DNA of 64,000 nucleotides, from assembly GCA_964188305.1 (NCBI GenBank), contig OZ076890.1; one strand, written 5' to 3'. Below the pieces are notes generated by a model, which searched no databases, was not told the DNA's origin, and saw nothing but the letters and a program-made list of their open reading frames with translations. How positions within the stretch are numbered: the first letter of the stretch is position 1; each line of letters opens with the position of its first letter. The translations under genes and the position numbers were made by a program. Of this stretch, positions 39,396-48,206 are shown piece after piece. Source of the DNA: Podarcis bocagei (Eukaryota).

Positions 39396-40282
39396 GGATA
39401 TTCTGTTGTAAGGGTATTCTTCACCCACTCAAGTGAAAGGGAATGCAAATGAGAACGCCAGAAATTAACAACCACCAGCTTCAGAATGGTAAATCTCCTA
39501 GTGCTCCAGCAGTTCTTGTTATGATAAAACACATCTTGCATCTGTAAGCATGATTTTCAGTAAATGGGCAACCCTAATAAGCAGAAACACTGGGACCAAC
39601 TTATGTATATGGCAACCTAGTTAGTTTCCGTTAGGGACATTTATGTGCATTATATTTTCATATTTATTGCTTTAAAAACCTGTATCAAACCTCTTTATTC
39701 TATCCCAGTCTTCTATTTGCAGAAGTTAAGTAAACTGCACTTTTAACCTACTTGGACTGAAAACCTAAATTGTGAGCTTTGCAGAGCACAATGTATCAAC
39801 TTTGAAAAGAAATAGTTCCAGCCTTAGTGACTGCATAGCAACCAGAATAGAAGTTACATTTGTGTGGTGTGTGTGTGTGAATGGGTTTTGCTTAGAAGAA
39901 GGTTGAAGACAGGAGTGGCCAGGGATATGTCCACTAAGCTGGGCCTGTGATGTAGGCAGTCTGGACTTTTTGTTACTTCCCAATGCATGTGAAGAGAACA
40001 ATACTGAGACATTCAAACCTGGATCTTGGCACAGAAGAATACGTTTTTCACAAGCCATTTGGATTTCTGGATTCTAAGAAAGGAACTTTTGGCCGTTGAG
40101 ACATGTGACTATAAAAACAGATGGTTCTCAATGGTGAATTGGGCAAGAACCAATTCACAAAGGGATTACAAATTCAGAGAATACTACCCAGCAGAGATTT
40201 CAGAAGCCAACGTGTGACCATGGTACCTTTTCCTTCTGCCTTCTTATTTTTCCTTTTTTAAATGAGGCTGCCTTTCCAAGAT

Positions 40283-40285
<3 letters not shown>

Positions 40286-40335
<50 letters not shown>

Positions 40336-40351
40336 GTGTGTGTGTGTGTGT
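40286..40351. repeat. (CT)n(GT)n microsatellite
   Basis: Direct observation. Confidence 0.95.
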
Positions 40352-40644
40352 CTGTCCCACTCCTTGGCTTGAGCATGGATTGGTTTGGTTAGTGTGCTAG
40401 TAGGATAATTCCTTCATTCCAAACTTTATTCCACCTTTACAGGGCTTTTCTTTTTACAAGGAATATAAAGGTCCCATTTTAGGCAATAAAAGCTTTGAAT
40501 TCTAATGATTCCCTTGTACCACCCTAGTATCCTTGCATTTCCTCTTGCAAAGAAAGATTGTGATCGAGGACCCGATCCCCGCTTGGGGAATAAAGACACG
40601 TGGACACAGAATGTAAGGTTAATGGGTAAGGTAAAGGCCACAAC

Positions 40645-40650
40645 TTTATT
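40645..40650 (-). promoter_or_regulatory. Putative polyadenylation signal of the YR element
   Basis: AATAAA on the minus strand ~90 nt from the terminal CA, followed by U-rich sequence. Confidence 0.55.
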
Positions 40651-40989
40651 GATTACAGCATGTGAGAAGGTATTGGCTTAGGCATTGGACCACGGAGCAT
40701 TAGACTCCACCCACTCGTAGAAGGGTGAGTCTGAGGAGGCGTTAACCACCAGTAGGGGAAGCCTGTTGATACTAATCCAACTATAGGCTCTCTTCCTGAT
40801 GTCACCGAGGGTCGTGCCATGGCCCCCCGCCACATGGGCATCAGACAGGATCCACGACCGCCAGATTCCTTTAGTGGAATACCCAAAATTGCCGGGGAAG
40901 GCGATGGCCACACCTTGCCCCCCGAAACACCAACAACACATTCCAATGCCTAACCGCCACCCGAGCCAAAAGGCTCGCCGCCAATACCC

Positions 40990-41564
40990 TCACAGCTGCA
41001 ACCAATCCCTAAGACTATTGGATATGTTAGCCAGCCATATGTCGTTTCCCCGATTTGAAAGATGAACGCCGTCATCCCGGAATAGGGTCTGGTCGCCAAT
41101 CTGGATATCATCATGAGATATAACGAGGCCATTCATAAAATGCACTTTGCGCACTACCGCGTGATTCAAGAGTTTCCTGGATTTCTCGATAGCCATAATG
41201 TTATGTGCACCGCGCCAAACCTTTCTCTTCAAGAGAGAGGACCAGAACAGGGTTGTTATGGGGAATAAGGCAGCCAACTCGTCCAAGACCTTACTCATGT
41301 TCCACAACAAGTCTACACTCTTCCTGCTAGCCAGGTCGTTCTCCCCCAGCTGAATGATTAGAATGTTAGGGGGGCCCAACAGTGAAGCTTTTGCCTTCAG
41401 CAGTGGCATGAGTTCCTGCCAGCGCATGCCCCTTCTTGACAACCAGGAAACTCGCACCCACGATGGTAGCCCCAGATTAGGCATGAAGCCGGAACTTGCT
41501 GCCTAGAGGCGGGCCCAATGCACGATACTGTGGCCGCAAATCCACACTGGACTACCGAAGACAG
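40990..41564 (-). pseudogene. SGNH/GDSL hydrolase ORF of the YR retrotransposon (one premature stop at 41503-41505)
   Basis: Block I VWICGHSIVHWA (GHS at 41527-41535), block II RRGMRW, block III IIQLGEND, block V DDGVHL, all in one frame. Confidence 0.9.
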
Positions 41565-42275
41565 CTAAGAATAAAGAAAGAAAAGACAGGTAAGTGAAGC
41601 GTTCTCAGAATACTTTTGTAGGCATTCGATTTCCAGCAGCCCATCTCCTTGATCCTGTCTGCCAGAAGGCCCATGTGTGTGGCCGTTGTGGCCACACCAA
41701 TCCTATATGAATGTGCCGTGTAGTCTTTGGAAGGGAAGCCGCAGGCATCTATCACTTTGCGAAGTACCCTGGTGAACTGGTGCCTCATCAATTGGGATCC
41801 ATCCTCATGAATAAAGAGCGGGCCAAGGCCGGGTGGTCTGAGGTAAAGGTATCGCCTGGTGTCATTTACTGGGTATGGGCCCTTCTGGCCGGAGACCTTG
41901 AGTTGGACTATGGTGCCCTTACCACCCTGGTCCATCTTAGACTGACGCACCCACACCATCACACCTGAACTGGACACGTGCACGTCCTCCAGGAGGAGGC
42001 CGCACGTTTTCCCACTTGAGGTAGCTTATGCTACCACCTCACCGACCCTAAAGGCACCAAAGAAGGCTATAGTGTATGCTGCAGAGAACAGCTGGGCCTC
42101 AAACTTGGACCAGCAAATTGACCTAAGTTTCATACGTTAGGGGAAAGGGACGATACTTTGGACCTGAAACCCGTGAAGTCGCACCATACTTTCTTATAAG
42201 ACCTGAGGGTAGAGGGTGCAACAGACGCAAATACTCCCTTGATCACTTCGTGTCTCCAAAGTTCCATAGGTGATC
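41552..42275 (-). pseudogene. Tyrosine recombinase (frameshifted, partly deleted)
   Basis: SVAPSTLRSYKKVW N-terminal part; AFFGAFRVGEVV (catalytic Arg); SKMDQGGKG; AHSYRIG (HxxR); MGCWKSNAYKS. Confidence 0.92.
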
Positions 42276-42349
42276 CGGTAAGGGTTCTGGCAGCAGCTGA
42301 GCCCAAGGTGCTAACGGCACAAATGATTGAAGTAGGCGAGACCCCTCTC

Positions 42350-42830
42350 GGAACGCGATGACTGCTAGCCAGTATGTTAACCACCACCTGGTTATCAGTT
42401 CTGAAGCACCTGGCAATTCCGGATCTCCTCGGTCCATATGTGAACAGCCACAACTATGAGAAAAAACTCCAGAAAAGTAAGATTCCGCATGATGGCCTCC
42501 CCTTGCCACTCCGCTGGCCATTGTTGCACGCACCAACGTCCCTTAAAGAACAGACCAAAGGCCAGGGACCCTGCCAAATTGGGGTGGACCTGGAAATCAG
42601 AGGCTACTTAAGGATTTCCTGCGATAGGGAGACTCCGTTGCAGTGTTCCAGAAATCTGATCCACATCTCAAGGTCTGCCTTGACCGACTTGGGGAGTCTT
42701 GCTCTATGGTGCGGATGTTTGAAGGCCCGCTGACAGCCTGTCTAAGCAGGAGCAAAATGGGTGGCCCAGTGAAACTACCTTACACGCAAAGTTAAAATGA
42801 TATAGCAAGGACTGGACCTGTCTAAGAGTG
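42350..42830 (-). pseudogene. RNase H domain (decayed)
   Basis: AGSLAFGLFFKGRW...NLTFLEFFLIVVAVHIW...TDNQVVV, typical of DIRS/Ngaro RNase H. Confidence 0.88.
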
Positions 42831-42859
42831 ACCTATTTATTTATATATATATTTATTTT

Positions 42860-43650
42860 AGGGGAAGGGTTTGATGAATTGTTTCCTTAAGGGCAATTAT
42901 TTTCTCCTCTAGCAGGCGGGCGGATTGAGCTGCTGTGTCAAGCTCTATACCCAGGTAAGTAAGGCGCGTTGTGGGTCCGTCTTATCTGCCTCGACGGGAA
43001 CTCCCAGCTCCTGGGCTAAAGCTGAAAAGGCCTCCAGAAGGGGTATTGGGCTTCCCAACGAGTAGAAAGTCACTGAGGTAACGCGTTACCCCAGGTGAGT
43101 TGGTTCTGTAGCGCAAGGCCCAGTCCCAAAAGGTGCTAAATGTCTCAAAGGTCGAGCAGGCTACAGATCAACTCATCAGCATAGCCTTGCCAATGTAATA
43201 TTTCCCTTGAAATTTGAGTCCCAGCAAATGGAGGTCATTGGGATGAACCGGCAATAGACGGAAGGCTGACTCTGTGTCACATTTTGCCAAGAGTGCCCCA
43301 TGACCAAAATTCTGGATAAGTCTTACTGCCTGATCGAAGGTGGCATATTTTACTGAGCACAATTCCGGTGGAATGGCATCTTATACTGGGCCACCCTTAG
43401 GGTAAGAAAGGTTGTGGATTAATCTGAACTCACCATGGGTCTTTTTGGGTACAATACCAAGGGGCGAGATGTGCAGGTTTGGGATAGGGGGTTGTACGAA
43501 TGGACCAGCCACCCTCCCTGCGGCCACTTCCTTAGCTATTTCCTTTTCTGCAACCTCAAGCGTTTCCCTTACTGACATCTGGTTAGGGGAATCCTTTGCA
43601 ATTAAAGAGTTGGTTACTGGTATTCTGAAACCCTCTGAAAAAACCCTTCC
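42860..43650 (-). pseudogene. Reverse transcriptase (stops, catalytic YLDD mutated to YLSD)
   Basis: EGFRIP; KEVAAGRVAGPF; ISPLGIVPKK..EFRLIHNLSYP; AKCDTESAFRLLPVHP; YLSDF at 43069-43080. Confidence 0.93.
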
Positions 43651-43728
43651 AAAGAAAGGATGCTGCGCTTTCGTCTGGATAGCTAGACAAGAGGTTGCGG
43701 AGAGGAGGGAGCTAGATCAGTGAAAATG

Positions 43729-44436
43729 CTAGACCCGTCTGTTCCCTGCTGCGGGGGCTCCTCTGGAACTAGAATGGTGGAACCCCCGACCTCCCTGAAA
43801 GGGCTGCTTCTCTTTGTAACACGCTGCGGCTGGGTGTACCCCTGCACACCTCTCACACTCGTGCGGATACTTACACGACTGCCTTTGGCCTGACCCCTTA
43901 TTGAATTCCCAACACACCTTGCGCTTTGGCTCGCCTCTTATTGCTTACCCATGCAAAAAGAATCTAATGGCTTCTTCTCAACATACGGGATGACCGCCAC
44001 CTCAGCTGTCTGAAGCTCCCCCTCCAGCTGCTGTTCCTCCTCACCGGCCGACGAGATGCCCGATTCTGGAAGCTGGAAGCTGGACCCTGGACTGCTTATT
44101 CTGTGAAGGACTGAAAGAACTGGACGCAACAGGGTTATTGACACAGGCCGGCGGCCTCTGCGCAGGCAACCCAATGCTGTTCTGAGGACCAGATGATGCC
44201 AAGTGAGCCCGAAACATAGTATGCACTGCCGCCGCTACTGCCTGAGAGCTTGGGCCTGTGCCTGAGAACTGAGCATCGTTGAAGAGGGCGGCAGAGGTGC
44301 CTGGGGGGTCATCAACCTGGGTGAGAGGTGGGCTCTCCGGAACCCCCTGGGTATCTGGCATCATATCAGGGGTAGCAGTGGAGGGCATGGGGTTAAAAAC
44401 GCTGCTCATAATCATCAATGAACGATCTAAAGGCAT
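43729..44436 (-). pseudogene. Gag-like ORF1 with C-terminal Cys/His Zn-finger (frameshifted)
   Basis: P/S/A-rich N-terminus; CWEFNKGS.QRQSCKYPHECERCAGVHPAAAC motif directly upstream of RT. Confidence 0.8.
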
Positions 44437-44744
44437 TTAGGATGTGTGAAATAGGTTTGGGGTTATTATCCCGCGACGAATTACGGCTATTGGCACCCAT
44501 GCAGCCTGAGGTGTGAGCTGATTCCGCCGCACAGTGCTTCCTCTTAGGTGCCATGGATAACGCGCTGAAGCAACTTCCACAAATGCGTGCTACTGTTTAC
44601 AAGCGGTTGTACAGGCACGTGTTATTGATTCTGAAATGAATGTGCTAAATAATGATTGATTTACTTATAATAAATAACGATTCTTCCAAGTATTCAATTA
44701 CATGTTTAATTGTTTATCCAATTAGCATGTGCGTGCGTGTGTTA

Positions 44745-44746
<2 letters not shown>

Positions 44747-44787
<41 letters not shown>
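44747..44787. repeat. (TA)n microsatellite flanking the Penelope-like fragment (resumes 44940-44951)
   Basis: Direct observation. Confidence 0.9.
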
Positions 44788-44789
<2 letters not shown>

Positions 44790-44939
44790 TTTCGTAGATT
44801 TTCACGGGTACAGGAATGCAGGTTTTGGTGTCTTCGGGTATCTTCCCGTGTAAGAGTTGGGGTGTCTAGGCGACGTTTCGACGAGGTCTCACTCGTCATC
44901 TTCAGGCTGGTGCTTTCGGCTTCTTGTTACTAGAACAGA
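44788..44939 (-). mobile_element. Penelope-like element 3' fragment (second family) in a (TA)n tract
   Basis: Hammerhead core followed by ...cccgtgaaaatctacgaaagc-(AT)n; TA repeats on both sides. Confidence 0.7.
44868..44909 (-). ncRNA. Minimal hammerhead ribozyme motif (stem I weak)
   Basis: CUGAAGA-U-GACGAG(UGAGAC)CUCGUC-GAAA-CGUC^ with palindromic ACGU stem III; only 2 bp of stem I evident. Confidence 0.7.
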
Positions 44940-45052
44940 ATATATATATATTCTTCTTTTTTATTTTTATTTTTATTATTTAGTTTATTTTTTATTTATT
45001 TATTTATTTATTATTATTAAAGATGCTTCCTACTTCATATTATAATATTTCA

Positions 45053-45208
45053 TTCAATCCCCTGCAATGCAGGGATATGCAGGGGTCCCATACCGGGATC
45101 AAACCAGCAACCTTGGGCTTATCAGCACCATGCTCTAACCAGTTGAGCTATCCAGGCTCTCTAGAATTGTGTGGGACCCCGAGGGTCATTTAGTCCAACC
45201 CCTTGCAA
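45053..45208 (-). mobile_element. tRNA-Ile-derived SINE with CR1-like tail, in permuted order (tail then head)
   Basis: 45085-45157 reads gcctggatagctcaactggttagagcatggtgctGATaagcccaaggttgctggtttgatcccggtatgggac (tRNA-Ile-like); 45161-45208 matches the CR1 terminus seen at 1021-1070 (ggggttggact.gatg.ccct..ggt). Confidence 0.8.
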
Positions 45209-45292
45209 ACCCCTTTCAAACCCCTTTCTTGACTCGAAGAAAATGTGTGTGTAATGGTGGGGATGGCTGGCGCGGCTGCGTTTGAGCAGCAA

Positions 45293-45345
45293 GCCACGCC
45301 CCCGCGAGCTTCCCTGTTGGGTGCCCAACCAGGGAGGGGCGTGGC
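45293..45345. promoter_or_regulatory. Inverted pair of GC boxes (GGGGCGTGGC), putative promoter of the YR element
   Basis: gccacgcccc...ggggcgtggc with inner tccctgttggg/cccaaccaggga stem, ~60-110 nt inside the 5' terminus. Confidence 0.4.
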
Positions 45346-47188
45346 ACGCCAGCCCTGGAGTTGAAGCAGGGGGCAGAGCATGACGCAGGAATCGTCTCCC
45401 GATCACAACCCCTTCCCTTCCTGGGAGGAGGAAAGGCTTTTCCAAATTGCGTCTCGGCTGGCACAAGCAAGGCTGTTGTTTACAGTTCACTATCCAGTTC
45501 CATGCCCAAATTGGGCTATGGAATGCTCCCCTCCCATATTTCTCTCAAGTGATCTGATAATGAGGGTTTGGCTGGGAGACATCTCCCCCTCACTAAGCAG
45601 GTGTCCTTGAGTGCTCACCAAAGAATCTCTCTCCCCTTTAATAATTTTTGAATGCAATATTTGCTGATTAATTGATGGATAATCTTAAAAACAAAAATAA
45701 AACTAGGAGAAATTTTCAGCACAGCACTAGTTTCTACACATCACCAGAGATTCATTGGCCAAAATATTTACCCTGTGTGTCCATATAAAAATGGCTACCT
45801 GCCAAGTGCTCCACTTAAAGTAATATGTTACAATTTGTTCTTAGAACACACTTCAGTTTACTCAGCCTTGATAACAATGTTGAGACAATGGAGGGTTTAG
45901 CTGCTTATTCAAACGATAACACCTGTTGATAAATAGCATTTCTATATCCCATAGCACTATATCAAAATCCATATTTTGTCAGATACAGTTACTCACTTTT
46001 AGTAGCTTCACCAAAGTTCATTTCAGGCTGAAAGCAATATTACTGAAGTAAGAACACAAAAATTGTTGTAAAGCTTTGTTCTAATTGCCTTAAATTTGCA
46101 TTATACAGTTTCCGAACACTCATATAAACTGTTCTTCTCAGCAAAGTATTGTTTATTTTCCCTAAGATGCCAGCCATGCAGAGATGACTCAAAATGTTCT
46201 AGAACAACCAGAGGGGAAATAAAAATAATAATGTTTCTTCACCTTTCTGCATCTCTTTCCGTCATCAGCACAAAGTCCCTTTCTCCCTAGTTTGTCTTTG
46301 AGGTGTTTCTCTAAAAAACATAAGCTTCATCCAATCATTTCATCCTGGGCTAAGAGTAGGGCAAATACATTCTGGGCCAGAAAATAAATGCTGCTCATTC
46401 AGAAATATGGTTACCCTTATACAATAAGGCTTATAGTGATGTTTGAATGATAAGTTTGTAAACTTAGCTGTATCCAACATTCAAGGATGTTTCAATATAT
46501 TTGAACCTCCTCTCCAAATGTATTGCATTTGTTTTCTTTAAGGAATTAGCCTAAAGAATCACAAAACGTAACATATGGAAATTGTGTAGAAAATACTATG
46601 AAGGTAAAAGAAAAAAGTGGGGACCTTGTATTTACAATAACTGTAATCAAATTTATGATAATAGATTCCAAATACTCTTGTGCTCTTTGTTGCCCTGGAG
46701 CTATTAAAATGAATACATTCTTGGGGGAAATTCCTTCTCTACATATGATCTTATCTGTTCCTTTTGTACTAATGAGGTTTCAGATTTCCATTGTATTTTG
46801 ATGATATATTTGGCCCACAGCAAATGCTATTTCCTTTGAAATGTTTTCCATGTCAGAGATGACATGGAGTCTTCAAAATCCATCAGAAACAAACTAGGGT
46901 TAAATTGTAATCTCTTACATAGTTTCTTGAAGCAGCATAAATGTGCAATTCTAGAAAGGTCTTTATGGCCTACACCTTAGCTATACCTTTTGATTGTCAT
47001 GCTATTTGTGCTTCATTTTTTGAATAAAAACTCAGCTGAATTTGAAGTCCTGGCCTGCTTAATATTAGAGTAGGTAACTGTCTCTGTGTGTTCCAAGTTA
47101 GAGGATGGGTTTAAAATCTAAAGTCCTTTTTTTCTGATGGCATGGCTACCCTTTCAATGGCAGCTACCGCCTAGGACTGATTCAAACA

Positions 47189-47194
<6 letters not shown>

Positions 47195-47259
<65 letters not shown>
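47195..47259. repeat. (CT)n(CA)n microsatellite
   Basis: Direct observation. Confidence 0.95.
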
Positions 47260-47264
<5 letters not shown>

Positions 47265-48164
47265 ATCTCCTGACATTCACAAGCCTGATCCAGATATTTG
47301 CATTTCTGATCCATGTGACTTTCATATATGTTCACACATAATTCTGTTCTGTTCTATATCTGCATTAATCTATGGATTAAAAAAATCTGCACGAAAGTTT
47401 GCATTTAAATAGTGTGTATATAATTTTGGGTGTCTTTTCTTCCAAAGCACCTTTTTAAACATACCCATATGATTTTTCTGAGCTGAGAAATGCATTGGAA
47501 TGATCATGTAAGTGTGAAATCAGATGGATGGCTTATACAGTAATCCATAGACTAGTCAGAGAGGTGTGGATCAGGTCATTTCATATAATTATTTTTTTTG
47601 CAAAGATTGAATTTCTCTAGTATCCCAAGTTTGAAACAGAGTGCCAGCTTCAATTTTGTTAAGGAGGACATACTTTCAGATAACTTGAGATGTGCATATA
47701 AGGATGGACTAAAGAATCCTCTTCATCAATGAGTACTGCAATAAAGTTAATATTTTCTAAGGCTGAACTGACATTGCACCCAGCCTCCATCGATATTCTT
47801 ATCCTGATGAATGAAAGATAATGGTAATGGCATGGTGAGCTTGCACCATTTTATCCTGTGAAGCAGCAGGCTTCTTCAGAAGGTGGCAAGCCCTTTCAGC
47901 CATAAGCAAATGTGAAATGTATTGGAAAATAAAATTTAACTCCAGTTCCCATCTTTAAATCCTTTGACTAATGGACACTGCTATACTGAATTGTGAGCAG
48001 CTATCGTTTGTGATAATGACAGTAGAGGGAGTAAAATGAGACTTAAAAAGCAAAGCAACATGCATTACCACTTTCAGACAATGTACAACACTTTTGATTT
48101 TGCTCTCTACCAAGTTAACCATCCAAATAAAAATGGATGTTTAATCAGGGGGAAATAACACTAA

Positions 48165-48206
48165 CACACACACACGCACGCGCGCGCACACACACACACA
48201 CACACA
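48165..48206. repeat. (CA)n(CG)n(CA)n alternating purine-pyrimidine tract
   Basis: acacacacacgcacgcgcgcgcacacacac; Z-DNA-prone type. Confidence 0.85.

Larger units (their letters stand above)
40559..45407 (-). mobile_element. Decayed tyrosine-recombinase retrotransposon (Ngaro/DIRS order): gag-RT-RNaseH-YR-SGNH, bounded by TG..CA imperfect inverted termini
   Basis: Colinear minus-strand domains; CpG/GC-rich block; ends tgtgatcgaggacccgatccccgc (40559) and gcaggaatcgtctcccgatcaca (45407). Coding core certain, outer boundaries inferred. Confidence 0.9.

Noticed and set aside
45085-45157. tRNA-Ile(GAT) gene
   Set aside because: Acceptor, anticodon and T arms mispair, and it is fused to a SINE body and CR1-like tail; treated as a SINE head.
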